A DNA stretch of 64,000 bases from Nemertoderma westbladi (GCA_032718475.1 JAUCBJ010007042.1:1-64000), one strand, 5' to 3'; positions 36,075 through 51,187 are shown, counted from the stretch's first letter. Program-made: numbers and translations. Notes: a model not told the origin generated them from the letters alone.

Positions 36075-39000
36075 TATGGGGGACTGTATGACTGGGACTG
36101 TTAGCATACAGTGTAGGTGTGTCTGGGGGACTGTATGACTGAGTCTGTTAGCATACAGTGTAGGTGTGTCTGGGGGACTGTATGACTGAGTCTGTTAGCA
36201 TACAGTGTAGGTGTGTCTGGGGGACTGTATGACTGAGTCTGTTAGCATACAGTGTAGGTGTGTCTGGGGGACTGTATGACTGAGTCTGTTAGCATACAGT
36301 GTAGGTGTGTCTGGGGGACTGTATGACTGAATCTGTTAGCATACAGTGTAGGTGTGTCTGGGGGACTGTATGACTGAGTCTGTTAGCATACAGTGTAGGT
36401 GTGTCTGGGGGACTGTATGACTGAGACTGTTGCAATACACAGTGTGTGGTGAGTCTATATGGGGGACTGTATGACTGAGTCTGTTAGCATACAGTGTAGG
36501 TGTGTCTGGGGGACTGTATGACTGAATCTGTTAGCATACAGTGTAGGTGTGTCTGGGGGACTGTATGACTGAGTCTGTTAGCATACAGTGTAGGTGTGTC
36601 TGGGGGACTGTATGACTGGGACTGTTAGCATACAGTGTAGGTGTGTCTGGGGGACTGTATGACTGAGTCTGTTAGCATACAGTGTAGGTGTGTCTGGGAG
36701 ACTGTATGACTAGACTGTTGCAATACACAGTGTGTGGTGAGTCTATATGGGGGACTGTATGACTGGGACTGTTAGCATACAGTGTAGGTGTGTCTGGGGG
36801 ACTGTATGACTGAGTCTGTTAGCATACAGTGTAGATGTGTCTGGGGGACTGTATGACTGAGTCTGTTAGCATACAGTGTAGGTGTGTCTGGGAGACTGTA
36901 TGACTAGACTGTTGCAATACACAGTGTGTGGTGAGTCTATATGGGGGACTGTATGACTGGGACTGTTAGCATACAGTGTAGGTGTGTCTGGGGGACTGTA
37001 TGACTGAGTCTGTTAGCATACAGTGTAGATGTGTCTGGGGGACTGTATGACTGAGTCTGTTAGCATACAGTGTAGGTGTGTCTGGGAGACTGTATGACTA
37101 GACTGTTGCAATACACAGTGTGGTGAGTCTATATGGGGGACTGTATGACTGGGACTGTTAGCATACAGTGTAGGTGTGTCTGGGGGACTGTATGACTGAG
37201 TCTGTTAGCATACAGTGTAGATGTGTCTGGGGGACTGTATGACTGAGTCTGTTAGCATACAGTGTAGATGTGTCTGGGGGACTGTATGACTGAGTCTGTT
37301 AGCATACAGTGTAGGTGTGTCTGGGAGACTGTATGACTAGACTGTTGCAATACACAGTGTGTGGTGAGTCTATATGGGGGACTGTATGACTGGGACTGTT
37401 AGCATACAGTGTAGGTGTGTCTGGGGGACTGTATGACTGAGTCTGTTAGCATACAGTGTAGATGTGTCTGGGGGACTGTATGACTGAGTCTGTTAGCATA
37501 CAGTGTAGGTGTGTCTGGGAGACTGTATGACTAGACTGTTGCAATACACAGTGTGTGGTGAGTCTATATGGGGGACTGTATGACTGGGACTGTTAGCATA
37601 CAGTGTAGGTGTGTCTGGGGGACTGTATGACTGAGTCTGTTAGCATACAGTGTAGGTGTGTCTGGGGGGACTGTATGACTGAGTCTGTTAGCATACAGTG
37701 TAGGTGTGTCTGCGGGACTGTATGACTGAGTCTGTTAGCATACAGTGTAGGTGTGTCTGGGGGACTGTATGACTGAGTCTGTTAGCATACAGTGTAGGTG
37801 TGTCTGGGGGACTGTATGACTAGACTGTTGCAATACACAGTGTGTGGTGAGTCTATATGGGGGACTGTATGAATGAGTCTGTTAGCATACAGTGTAGGTG
37901 TGTCTGGGGGACTGTATGACTAGACTGTTGCAATACACAGTGTGTGGTGAGTCTATATGGGGGACTGTATGACTGGGACTGTTAGCATACAGTGTAGGTG
38001 TGTCTGGGGGACTGTATGACTGAGTCTGTTAGCATACAGTGTAGGTGTGTCTGGGGGACTGTATGACTGAGTCTGTTAGCATACAGTGTAGGTGTGTCTG
38101 GGGGACTGTATGACTAGACTGTTGCAATACACAGTGTGTGGTGAGTCTATATGGGGGACTGTATGAATGAGTCTGTTAGCATACAGTGTAGGTGTGTCTG
38201 GGGGACTGTATGACTGAGTCTGTTAGCATACAGTGTAGGTGTGTCTGGGGGACTGTATGACTGAGTCTGTTAGCATACAGTGTAGGTGTGTCTGGGGGAC
38301 TGTATGACTAGACTGTTGCAATACACAGTGTGTGGTGAGTCTATATGGGGGACTGTATGACTGAGTGTGTTAGCATACAGTGTAGGTGTGTCTGGAGTAC
38401 TGTATGACTGAGTCTGTTAGCATACAGTGTAGGTGTGTCTGGGGGACTGTATGACTAGACTGTTGCAATACACAGTGTGTGGTGAGTCTATATGGGGGAC
38501 TGTATGAATGAGTCTGTTAGCATACAGTGTAGGTGTGTCTGGGGGACTGTATGACTGAGTCTGTTAGCATACAGTGTAGGTGTGTCTGGGGGACTGTATG
38601 ACTGAGTCTGTTAGCATACAGTGTAGGTGTGTCTGGGGGACTGTATGACTGAGTCTGTTAGCATACAGTGTAGGTGTGTCTGGGGGACTGTATGACTAGA
38701 CTGTTGCAATACACAGTGTGTGGTGAGTCTATATGGGGGACTGTATGAATGAGTCTGTTAGCATACAGTGTAGGTGTGTCTGGGGGACTGTATGACTAGA
38801 CTGTTGCAATACACAGTGTGTGGTGAGTCTATATGGGGGACTGTATGAATGAGTCTGTTAGCATACAGTGTAGGTGTGTCTGGGGGACTGTATGACTGAG
38901 TCTGTTAGCATACAGTGTAGGTGTGTCTGGGGGACTGTATGACTGAGTCTGTTAGCATACAGTGTAGGTGTGTCTGGGGGACTGTATGACTGAGTCTGTT

Positions 39001-42000
39001 AGCATACAGTGTAGGTGTGTCTGGGGGACTGTATGACTAGACTGTTGCAATACACAGTGTGTGGTGAGTCTATATGGGGGACTGTATGAATGAGTCTGTT
39101 ATCATACAGTGTAGGTGTGTCTGGGGGACTGTATGACTGAGTCTGTTAGCATACAGTGTAGGTGTGTCTGGAGTACTGTATGACTGAGTCTGTTAGCATA
39201 CAGTGTAGGTGTGTCTGGGGGACTGTATGACTGAGTCTGTTAGCATACAGTGTAGGTGTGTCTGGGGGACTGTATGACTGAATCTGTTAGCATACAGTGT
39301 AGGTGTGTCTGGGGGACTGTATGACTGAGTCTGTTAGCATACAGTGTAGGTGTGTCTGGGGGACTGTATGACTGGGACTGTTAGCATACAGTGTAGGTGT
39401 GTCTGGGGGACTGTATGACTGAGTCTGTTAGCATACAGTGTAGGTGTGTCTGGGAGACTGTATGACTAGACTGTTGCAATACACAGTGTGTGGTGAGTCT
39501 ATATGGGGGACTGTATGACTGGGACTGTTAGCATACAGTGTAGGTGTGTCTGGGGGACTGTATGACTGAGTCTGTTAGCATACAGTGTAGGTGTGTCTGG
39601 GGGGACTGTATGACTGAGTCTGTTAGCATACAGTGTAGGTGTGTCTGCGGGACTGTATGACTGAGTCTGTTAGCATACAGTGTAGGTGTGTCTGGGGGAC
39701 TGTATGACTGAGTCTGTTAGCATACAGTGTAGGTGTGTCTGGGGGACTGTATGACTGAATCTGTTAGCATACAGTGTAGGTGTGTCTGGGGGACTGTATG
39801 ACTGAGTCTGTTAGCATACAGTGTAGGTGTGTCTGGGGGACTGTATGACTGGGACTGTTAGCATACAGTGTAGGTGTGTCTGGGGGACTGTATGACTGAG
39901 TCTGTTAGCATACAGTGTAGGTGTGTCTGGGAGACTGTATGACTAGACTGTTGCAATACACAGTGTGTGGTGAGTCTATATGGGGGACTGTATGACTGGG
40001 ACTGTTAGCATACAGTGTAGGTGTGTCTGGGGGACTGTATGACTGAGTCTGTTAGCATACAGTGTAGGTGTGTCTGGGGGGACTGTATGACTGAGTCTGT
40101 TAGCATACAGTGTAGGTGTGTCTGCGGGACTGTATGACTGAGTCTGTTAGCATACAGTGTAGGTGTGTCTGGGGGACTGTATGACTGAGTCTGTTAGCAT
40201 ACAGTGTAGGTGTGTCTGGGGGACTGTATGACTAGACTGTTGCAATACACAGTGTGTGGTGAGTCTATATGGGGGACTGTATGAATGAGTCTGTTAGCAT
40301 ACAGTGTAGGTGTGTCTGGGGGACTGTATGACTAGACTGTTGCAATACACAGTGTGTGGTGAGTCTATATGGGGGACTGTATGACTGGGACTGTTAGCAT
40401 ACAGTGTAGGTGTGTCTGGGGGACTGTATGACTGAGTCTGTTAGCATACAGTGTAGGTGTGTCTGGGAACTGTATGACAAAGTCTGTTAGCATACAGTGT
40501 AGGTGTGTCTGGGGGACTGTATGACTAGACTGTTGCAATACACAGTGTGTGGTGAGTCTATATGGGGGACTGTATGAATGAGTCTGTTAGCATACAGTGT
40601 AGGTGTGTCTGGGGGACTGTATGACTGAGTCTGTTAGCATACAGTGTAGGTGTGTCTGGGGGACTGTATGACTAGACTGTTGCAATACACAGTGTGTGGT
40701 GAGTCTATATGGGGGACTGTATGAATGAGTCTGTTAGCATACAGTGTAGGTGTGTCTGGGGGACTGTATGACTAGACTGTTGCAATACACAGTGTGTGGT
40801 GAGTCTATATGGGGGACTGTATGAATGAGTCTGTTAGCATACAGTGTAGGTGTGTCTGGGGGACTGTATGACTGAGTCTGTTAGCATACAGTGTAGGTGT
40901 GTCTGGGGGACTGTATGACTAGACTGTTGCAATACACAGTGTGTGGTGAGTCTATATGGGGGACTGTATGAATGAGTCTGTTAGCATACAGTGTAGGTGT
41001 GTCTGGGGGACTGTATGACTAGACTGTTGCAATACACAGTGTGTGGTGAGTCTATATGGGGGACTGTATGAATGAGTCTGTTAGCATACAGTGTAGGTGT
41101 GTCTGGGGGACTGTATGACTAGACTGTTGCAATACACAGTGTGTGGTGAGTCTATATGGGGGACTGTATGAATGAGTCTGTTAGCATACAGTGTAGGTGT
41201 GTCTGGGGGACTGTATGACTGAGTCTGTTAGCATACAGTGTAGGTGTGTCTGGGGGACTGTATGACTGAGTCTGTTAGCATACAGTGTAGGTGTGTCTGG
41301 GGGACTGTATGACTGAGTCTGTTAGCATACAGTGTAGGTGTGTCTGGGGGACTGTATGACTAGACTGTTGCAATACACAGTGTGTGGTGAGTCTATATGG
41401 GGGACTGTATGAATGAGTCTGTTATCATACAGTGTAGGTGTGTCTGGGGGACTGTATGACTGAGTCTGTTAGCATACAGTGTAGGTGTGTCTGGAGTACT
41501 GTATGACTGAGTCTGTTAGCATACAGTGTAGGTGTGTCTGGGGGACTGTATGACTGAGTCTGTTAGCATACAGTGTAGGTGTGTCTGGGGGACTGTATGA
41601 CTGAATCTGTTAGCATACAGTGTAGGTGTGTCTGGGGGACTGTATGACTGGATCTGTTAGCATACAGTGTAGGTGTGTCTGGGAGACTGTATGACTAGAC
41701 TGTTGCAATACACAGTGTGTGGTGAGTCTATATCGGGGACTGTATGACTGAGTCTGTTAGCATACAGTGTAGGTGTGTCTGGGGCACTGTATGACTGAGT
41801 CTGTTAGCATACAGTGTAGGTGTGTCTGGGGGGACTGTATGACTGAGTTTGTTAGCATACAGTGTAGGTGTGTCTGAGGGACTGTATGACTGAGTCTGTT
41901 AGCATACAGTGTAGGTGTGTCTGGGGGACTGTATGACTGAGTCTGTTAGCATACAGTGTAGGTGTGTCTGCGGGACTGTATGACTGAATCTGTTAGCATA

Positions 42001-45000
42001 CATTGTAGGTGTGTCTGGGGGACTGTATGACTGAGTCTGTTAGCATACAGTGTAGGTGTGTCTGGGGGACTGCATGACTAGACTGTTGCCATACACAGTG
42101 TATGGTGAGTCTATATGGGGGACTGTATGACTGAGTCTGTTAGCATACAGTGTAGGTGTGTCTGGGGGACTGTATGACTAGACTGTTGCCATACACAGTG
42201 TATGGTGAGTCTATATGGGGGACTGTATGACTGAGTCTGTTAGCATACAGTGTAGGTTTGTCTGGGGGACTGTATGACTGAGTCTGTTAGCATACAGTGA
42301 AGGTGTGTCTGGTGGACTGTATGACTAGACTGTTAGCATACAGTGTAGGTGTGTCTGGGGGACTGTATGACTCAGTCTGTTACCATACAGTGTAGGTGTG
42401 CCTGGGGGGACTGTATGACTGAGTCTGTTAGCATACAGTGTAGGTGTGTCTGAGGGACTGTATGACTGAGACTGTTAGCATACAGTGTAGGTGTGTCTGG
42501 GGGACTGTATGACTGAGTCTGTTAGCATACAGTGTAGGTGTGTCTGGGAACTGTATGACAAAGTCTGTTAGCATACAGTGTAGGTGTGTCTGGGGGACTG
42601 TATGACTAGACTGTTGCAATACACAGTGTGTGGTGAGTCTATATGGGGGACTGTATGACTGGGACTGTTAGCATACAGTGTAGGTGTGTCTGGGGGACTG
42701 TATGACTGAGTCTGTTAGCATACAGTGTAGGTGTGTCTGGGAACTGTATGACAAAGTCTGTTAGCATACAGTGTAGGTGTGTCTGGGGGACTGTATGACT
42801 AGACTGTTGCAATACACAGTGTGTGGTGAGTCTATATGGGGGACTGTATGAATGAGTCTGTTAGCATACAGTGTAGGTGTGTCTGGGGGACTGTATGACT
42901 GAGTCTGTTAGCATACAGTGTAGGTGTGTCTGGGGGACTGTATGACTGAGTCTGTTAGCATACAGTGTAGGTGTGTCTGGGGGACTGTATGACTAGACTG
43001 TTGCAATACACAGTGTGTGGTGAGTCTATATGGGGGACTGTATGACTGAGTGTGTTAGCATACAGTGTAGGTGTGTCTGGAGTACTGTATGACTGAGTCT
43101 GTTAGCATACAGTGTAGGTGTGTCTGGGGGACTGTATGACTAGACTGTTGCAATACACAGTGTGTGGTGAGTCTATATGGGGGACTGTATGAATGAGTCT
43201 GTTAGCATACAGTGTAGGTGTGTCTGGGGGACTGTATGACTGAGTCTGTTAGCATACAGTGTAGGTGTGTCTGGGGGACTGTATGACTGAGTCTGTTAGC
43301 ATACAGTGTAGGTGTGTCTGGGGGACTGTATGACTGAGTCTGTTAGCATACAGTGTAGGTGTGTCTGGGGGACTGTATGACTAGACTGTTGCAATACACA
43401 GTGTGTGGTGAGTCTATATGGGGGACTGTATGAATGAGTCTGTTAGCATACAGTGTAGGTGTGTCTGGGGGACTGTATGACTAGACTGTTGCAATACACA
43501 GTGTGTGGTGAGTCTATATGGGGGACTGTATGAATGAGTCTGTTAGCATACAGTGTAGGTGTGTCTGGGGGACTGTATGACTGAGTCTGTTAGCATACAG
43601 TGTAGGTGTGTCTGGGGGACTGTATGACTGAGTCTGTTAGCATACAGTGTAGGTGTGTCTGGGGGACTGTATGACTGAGTCTGTTAGCATACAGTGTAGG
43701 TGTGTCTGGGGGACTGTATGACTAGACTGTTGCAATACACAGTGTGTGGTGAGTCTATATGGGGGACTGTATGAATGAGTCTGTTATCATACAGTGTAGG
43801 TGTGTCTGGGGGACTGTATGACTGAGTCTGTTAGCATACAGTGTAGGTGTGTCTGGAGTACTGTATGACTGAGTCTGTTAGCATACAGTGTAGGTGTGTC
43901 TGGGGGACTGTATGACTGAGTCTGTTAGCATACAGTGTAGGTGTGTCTGGGGGACTGTATGACTGAATCTGTTAGCATACAGTGTAGGTGTGTCTGGGGG
44001 ACTGTATGACTGGATCTGTTAGCATACAGTGTAGGTGTGTCTGGGAGACTGTATGACTAGACTGTTGCAATACACAGTGTGTGGTGAGTCTATATCGGGG
44101 ACTGTATGACTGAGTCTGTTAGCATACAGTGTAGGTGTGTCTGGGGCACTGTATGACTGAGTCTGTTAGCATACAGTGTAGGTGTGTCTGGGGGGACTGT
44201 ATGACTGAGTTTGTTAGCATACAGTGTAGGTGTGTCTGAGGGACTGTATGACTGAGTCTGTTAGCATACAGTGTAGGTGTGTCTGGGGGACTGTATGACT
44301 GAGTCTGTTAGCATACAGTGTAGGTGTGTCTGCGGGACTGTATGACTGAATCTGTTAGCATACATTGTAGGTGTGTCTGGGGGACTGTATGACTGAGTCT
44401 GTTAGCATACAGTGTAGGTGTGTCTGGGGGACTGCATGACTAGACTGTTGCCATACACAGTGTATGGTGAGTCTATATGGGGGACTGTATGACTGAGTCT
44501 GTTAGCATACAGTGTAGGTGTGTCTGGGGGACTGTATGACTAGACTGTTGCCATACACAGTGTATGGTGAGTCTATATGGGGGACTGTATGACTGAGTCT
44601 GTTAGCATACAGTGTAGGTTTGTCTGGGGGACTGTATGACTGAGTCTGTTAGCATACAGTGAAGGTGTGTCTGGTGGACTGTATGACTAGACTGTTAGCA
44701 TACAGTGTAGGTGTGTCTGGGGGACTGTATGACTCAGTCTGTTACCATACAGTGTAGGTGTGCCTGGGGGGACTGTATGACTGAGTCTGTTAGCATACAG
44801 TGTAGGTGTGTCTGAGGGACTGTATGACTGAGACTGTTAGCATACAGTGTAGGTGTGTCTGGGGGACTGTATGACTGAGTCTGTTAGCATACAGTGTAGG
44901 TGTGTCTGGGGGACTGTATGACTGAGTCTGTTAGCATACAGTGTAGGTGTGTCTGGGGGACTGTATGACTGAGTCTGTTAGCATACAGTGTAGGTGTGTC

Positions 45001-48000
45001 TGGGGGACTGTATGACTGAGTCTGTTAGCATACAGTGTAGGTGTGTCTGGGGGACTGTATGACTGAGTCTGTTAGCATACAGTGTAGGTGTGTCTGGGGG
45101 ACTGTATGACTGAGATCTGTTAGCATACAGTGTAGGTGTGTCTGGGGGACTGTATGACTAGACTGTTGCCATACACAGTGTATGGTGAGTCTATATGGGG
45201 GACTGTATGACTGAGTCTGTTAGCATAGAGTGTAGGTTTGTCTGGGGGACTGTATGACGGAGTCTGTTAGCATACAGTGTAGGTGTGTCTGGGGGACTGT
45301 ATGACTAGACTGTTAGCATACAGTGTAGGTGTGTCTGGGGGACTGTATGACTGAGTCTGTTAGCATACAGTGTAGGTGTGTCTGGGGGGACTGTATGACT
45401 GAGTCTGTTAGCATACAGTGTAGGTGTGTCTGAGGGACTGTATGACTGAGACTGTTAGCATACAGTGTAGGTGTGTCTGGGGGACTGTATGACTCAGTCT
45501 GTTACCATACAGTGTAGGTGTGTCTGGGGGACTGTATGACTGAGTCTGTTAGCATACAGTGTAGGTGTGTCTGCGGGACTGTATGACTGAGTCTGTTAGC
45601 ATACAGTGTAGGTGTGTCTGGGGGACTGTATGACTGAGTCTGTTAGCATACAGTGTAGGTGTATCAGAGGGACTGTATGACTGAGTCTGTTAGCATACAG
45701 TGTAGGTGTGTCTGGGGGACTGTATGACGGAGTCTGTTAGCATACAGTGTAGGTGTGTCTGGGGGACTCTATGACTGGATCTGTTAGCATACAGTGTAGG
45801 TGTGTCTGGGGGACTGTATGACTGAGTCTGTTAGCATACAGTGTAGGTGTGTCTGGGGGACTGTATGACTAGACTGTTGCCATACACAGTGTATGGTGAG
45901 TCTATATGGGGGACTGTATGACTGAGTCTGTTAGCATACAGTGTAGGTGTGTCTGGGGGACTGTATGACTGGATCTGTTAGCATACAGTGTAGGTGTGTC
46001 TGGGGGACTGTATGACTGAGTCTGTTAGCATACACAGTGTATGGTGAGTCTATATGGGGGACTGTATGACTGAGTCTGTTATCATACAGTGTAGGTTTGT
46101 CTGGGGGACTGTATGACTGAGACTGTTAGCATACAGCGTAGGTGTGTCTGGGAGACGGTATGACTAGACTGTTGCCATACACAGTGTATGGTGAGTCTAT
46201 ATGGGGGACTGTATGACTGAGTCTGTTAGCATACAGTGTAGGTTTGTCTGGGGGACTGTATGACTGAGTCTGTTAGCATACAGTGTAGGTGTGTCTGGGG
46301 ACTGTATGACTGAGTCTGTTAGCATACAGTGTAGGTGTGTCTGGGGGACTGTATGACTGAGTCTGTTAGCATACAGTGTAGGTGTGTCTGGGAGACTGTA
46401 TGACTAGACTGTTGCAATACACAGTGTGTGGTGAGTCTATATGGGGGACTGTATGACTGAGTCTGTTAGCATACAGTGTAGGTGTGTCTGGGGGACTGTA
46501 TGACTGAGTCTGTTAGCATACAGTGTAGGTGTGTCTGGGGGACTGTATGACTGGAGTCTGTTAGCATACAGTGTAGGTGTGTCTGGGGGACTGTATGACT
46601 GAGTCTGTTAGCATACAGTGTAGGTGTGTCTGCGGGACTGTATGACTGAGTCTGTTAGCATACAGTGTAGGTGTGTCTGGGGGACTGTATGACTGAGTCT
46701 GTTAGCATACAGTGTAGTGTGTCAGAGGGACTGTATGACTGAGTCTGTTAGCATACAGTGTAGGTGTGTCTGGGGGACTGTATGACTGAGTCTGTTAGCA
46801 TACAGTGTAGGTGTGTCTGGGGGACTGTATGACTGAGTCTGTTAGCATACAGTGTAGGTGTGTCTGGGGGACTGTATGACTGAGTCTGTTAGCATACAGT
46901 GTAGGTGTGTCTGGGGGACTGTATGACTAGACTGTTGCCATACACAGTGTATGGTGAGTCTATATGGGGGACTGTATGACTAGTCTGTTAGATACAGTGT
47001 AGGTGTGTCTGGGGGACTGTATGACTGGATCTGTTAGCATACAGTGTAGGTGTGTCTGGGGGACTGTATGACTGAGTCTGTTAGCATACAGTGTAGGTGT
47101 GTCTGGGGGACTGTATGACTAGACTGTTGCAATACACAGTGTGTGGTGAGTCTATATGGGGGACTGTATGACTGAGTCTGTTAGCATACAGTGTAGGTGT
47201 GTCTGGGGGACTGTATGACTGAGTCTGTTAGCATACAGTGTAGGTGTGTCTGGGGGACTGTATGACTGAGTCTGTTAGCATACAGTGTAGGTGTGTCTGG
47301 GGGACTGTATGACTGAGTCTGTTAGCATACAGTGTAGGTGTGTCTGGGGGACTGTATGACTGAGTCTGTTAGCATACAGTGTAGGTGTGTCTGGGGGACT
47401 GTATGACTGAGTCTGTTAGCATACAGTGTAGGTGTGTCTGGGGGACTGTATGACTGAGTCTGTTAGCATACAGTGTAGGTGTGTCTGGGGGACTGTATGA
47501 CTGAGTCTGTTAGCATACAGTGTAGGTGTGTCTATATGGGGGACTGTATGACTGAGTCTGTTAGCATACAGTGTAGGTGTGTCTGGGGGACTGTATGACT
47601 GAGTCTGTTAGCATACAGTGTAGGTGTGTCTGGGGGACTGTATGACTGGAGTCTGTTAGCATACAGTGTAGGTTTGTCTGGGGGACTGTATGACTGAGTC
47701 TGTTAGCATACAGTGTAGGTGTGTCTGGGGGACTGTATGACTAGACTGTTGCAATACACAGTGTATGGTGAGTCTATATGGGGGACTGTATGACTGAGTC
47801 TGTTACCATACAGTGTAGGTGTGCCTGGGGGGACTGTATGACTGAGTCTGTTAGCATACAGTGTAGGTGTGTCTGAGGGACTGTATGACTGAGACTGTTA
47901 GCATACAGTGTAGGTGTGTCTGGGGGACTGTATGACTCAGTCTGTTACCATACAGTGTAGGTGTGTCTGGGGGGACTGTATGACTGAGTCTGTTAGCATA

Positions 48001-51000
48001 CAGTGTAGGTGTGTCTGCGGGACTGTATGACTGAGTCTGTTAGCATACAGTGTAGGTGTGTCTGGGGGACTGTATGACTGAGTCTGTTAGCATACAGTGT
48101 AGGTGTGTCTGGGGGACTGTATGACGGAGTCTGTTAGCATACAGTGTAGGTGTGTCTGGGGGACTGTATGACTGGATCTGTTAGCATACAGTGTAGGTGT
48201 GTCTGGGGGACTGTATGACTAGACTGTTGCCATACACAGTGTATGGTGAGTCTATGTGGGGGACTGTATGACTGAGTCTGTTAGCATAGAGTGTAGGTTT
48301 GTCTGGGGGACTGTATGACGGAGTCTGTTAGCATACAGTGTAGGTGTGTCTGGGGGACTGTATGACTAGACTGTTAGCATACAGTGTAGGTGTGTCTGGG
48401 GGACTGTATGACTCAGTCTGTTACCATACAGTGTAGGTGTGTCTGGGGGGACTGTATGACTGAGTCTGTTAGCATACAGTGTAGGTGTGTCTGAGGGACT
48501 GTATGACTGAGACTGTTAGCATACAGTGTAGGTGTGTCTGGGGGACTGTATGACTCAGTCTGTTACCATACAGTGTAGGTGTGTCTGGGGGACTGTATGA
48601 CTGAGTCTGTTAGCATACAGTGTAGGTGTGTCTGCGGGACTGTATGACTGAGTCTGTTAGCATACAGTGTAGGTGTGTCTGGGGGACTGTATGACTGAGT
48701 CTGTTAGCATACAGTGTAGGTGTATCAGAGGGACTGTATGACTGAGTCTGTTAGCATACAGTGTAGGTGTGTCTGGGGGACTGTATGACGGAGTCTGTTA
48801 GCATACAGTGTAGGTGTGTCTGGGGGACTCTATGACTGGATCTGTTAGCATACAGTGTAGGTTTGTCTGGGGGACTGTATGACTGAGTCTGTTAGCATAC
48901 AATGTAGGTGTGTCTGGGGGACTGTATGACTAGACTGTTGCCATACACAGTGTATGGTGAGTCTATATGGGGGACTGTATGACTGAGTCTGTTAGCATAC
49001 AGTGTAGGTGTGTCTGGGGGACTGTATGACTGGATCTGTTAGCATACAGTGTAGGTGTGTCTGGGGGACTGTATGACTGAGTCTGTTAGCATACACAGTG
49101 TATGGTGAGTCTATATGGGGGACTGTATGACTGAGTCTGTTATCATACAGTGTAGGTTTGTCTGGGGGACTGTATGACTGAGACTGTTAGCATACAGCGT
49201 AGGTGTGTCTGGGAGACGGTATGACTAGACTGTTGCCATACACAGTGTATGGTGAGTCTATATGGGGGACTGTATGACTGAGTCTGTTAGCATACAGTGT
49301 AGGTTTGTCTGGGGGACTGTATGACTGAGTCTGTTAGCATACAGTGTAGGTGTGTCTGGGAGACTGTATGACTGAGTCTGTTAGCATACAGTGTAGATGT
49401 GTCTGGGGGACTGTATGACTGAGTCTGTTAGCATACAGTGTAGGTGTGTCTGGGAGACTGTATGACTGACTGTTGCAATACACAGTGTATGGTGAGTCTA
49501 TATGGGGGACTGTATGACTGAGTCTGTTACCATACAGTGTAGGTGTGTCTGGGGGACTGTATGACTGAGTCTGTTACCATACAGTGTAGGTGTGTCTGGG
49601 GGACTGTATGACGGAGTCTGTTAGCATACAGTGTAGGTGTGTCTGGGGGACTGTATGACTGAGTCTGTTAGCATACAGTGTAGGTGTGTCTGCGGGACTG
49701 TATGACTGAGTCTGTTAGCATACAGTGTAGGTGTGTCTGGGGGACTGTATGACTGAGTCTGTTAGCATACAGTGTAGATGTGTCAGAGGGACTGTATGAC
49801 TGAGTCTGTTAGCATACAGTGTAGGTGTGCCTGGGGGACTGTATGACTGAGTCTGGTAGCATACAGTGTAGGTGTGTCTGGGGGACTGTATGACGGAGTC
49901 TGTTAGCATACAGTGTAGGTGTGTCTGGGGGACTGTATGACTGAGTCTGTTAGCATACAGTGTAGGTGTGTCTGGGGGACTGTATGACTAGACTGTTGCC
50001 ATACACAGTGTATGGTGAGTCTATATGGGGGACTGTATGACTAAGTCTGTTAGTATACAGTGTAGGTGTGTCTGGGGGACTGTATGACTGGATCTGTTAG
50101 CATACAGTGTAGGTGTGTCTGGGGGACTGTATGACTGAGTCTGTTAGCATACAGTCTAGGTGTGTCTGGGGGACTGTATGACTAGACTGTTGCCATACAC
50201 AGTGTATGGTGAGTCTATATGGGGGACTGTATGACTGAGTCTGTTATCATACAGTGTAGGTTTGTCTGGGGGACTGTATGACTGAGACTGTTAGCATACA
50301 GCGTAGGTGTGTCTGGGAGACTGTATGACTAGACTGTTGCCATACACAGTGTATGGTGAGTCTATATGCGGGACTGTATGACTGAGTCTGTTAGCATACA
50401 GTGTAGGTTTGTCTGGGGGACTGTATGACTGAGTCTGTTAGCATACAGTGTAGGTGTGTCTGGGAGACTGTATGACTGAGTCTGTTAGCATACAGTGTAG
50501 ATGTGTCTGGGGGACTGTATGACTGAGTCTGTTAGCATACAGTGTAGGTGTGTCTGAGGGACTGTATGACTGAGTCTGTTAGCATACAGTGTAGGTGTGT
50601 CTGAGGGACTGTATGACTGAGTCTGTTAGCATACAGTGTAGGTGTGTCTGGGGGACTGTATGACTGAGTCTGTTAGCATACAGTGTAGGTGTGTCTGGGG
50701 GACTGTATGACGGAGTCTGTTAGCATACAGTGTAGGTGTGTCTGGGGGACTCTATGACTGGATCTGTTAGCATACAGTGTAGGTTTGTCTGGGGGACTGT
50801 ATGACTGAGTCTGTTAGCATACAGTGTAGGTGTGTCTGGGGGACTGTATGACTAGACTGTTGCCATACACAGTGTATGGTGAGTCTATATGGGGGACTGT
50901 ATGACTGAGTCTGTTAGCATACAGTGTAGGTGTGTCTGGGGGACTGTATGACTGGATCTGTTAGCATACAGTGTAGGTGTGTCTGGGGGACTGTATGACT

Positions 51001-51187
51001 GAGTCTGTTAGCATACAGTGTAGGTGTGTCTGGGGGACTGTATGACTAGACTGTTGCCATACATAGTGTATGGTGAGTCTATATGGGGGACTGTATGACT
51101 GAGTCTGTTATCATACAGTGTAGGTTTGTCTGGGGGACTGTATGACTGAGACTGTTAGCATACAGCGTAGGTGTGTCTGGGAGACGG
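36075..51187. repeat. 15 kb satellite, 47-bp unit with 53-bp variant (~310 copies), in a GRAMD1 intron
   Basis: gggggactgtatgactgagtctgttagcatacagtgtaggtgtgtct and variant gggggactgtatgactagactgttgcaatacacagtgtgtggtgagtctatat. Interrupted by the LTR at 51188. Confidence 0.97.

Noticed and set aside
1-51187. CRISPR arrays
   Set aside because: Repeats are head to tail with no unique spacers, there are no cas genes, and the context is spliced eukaryotic genes.
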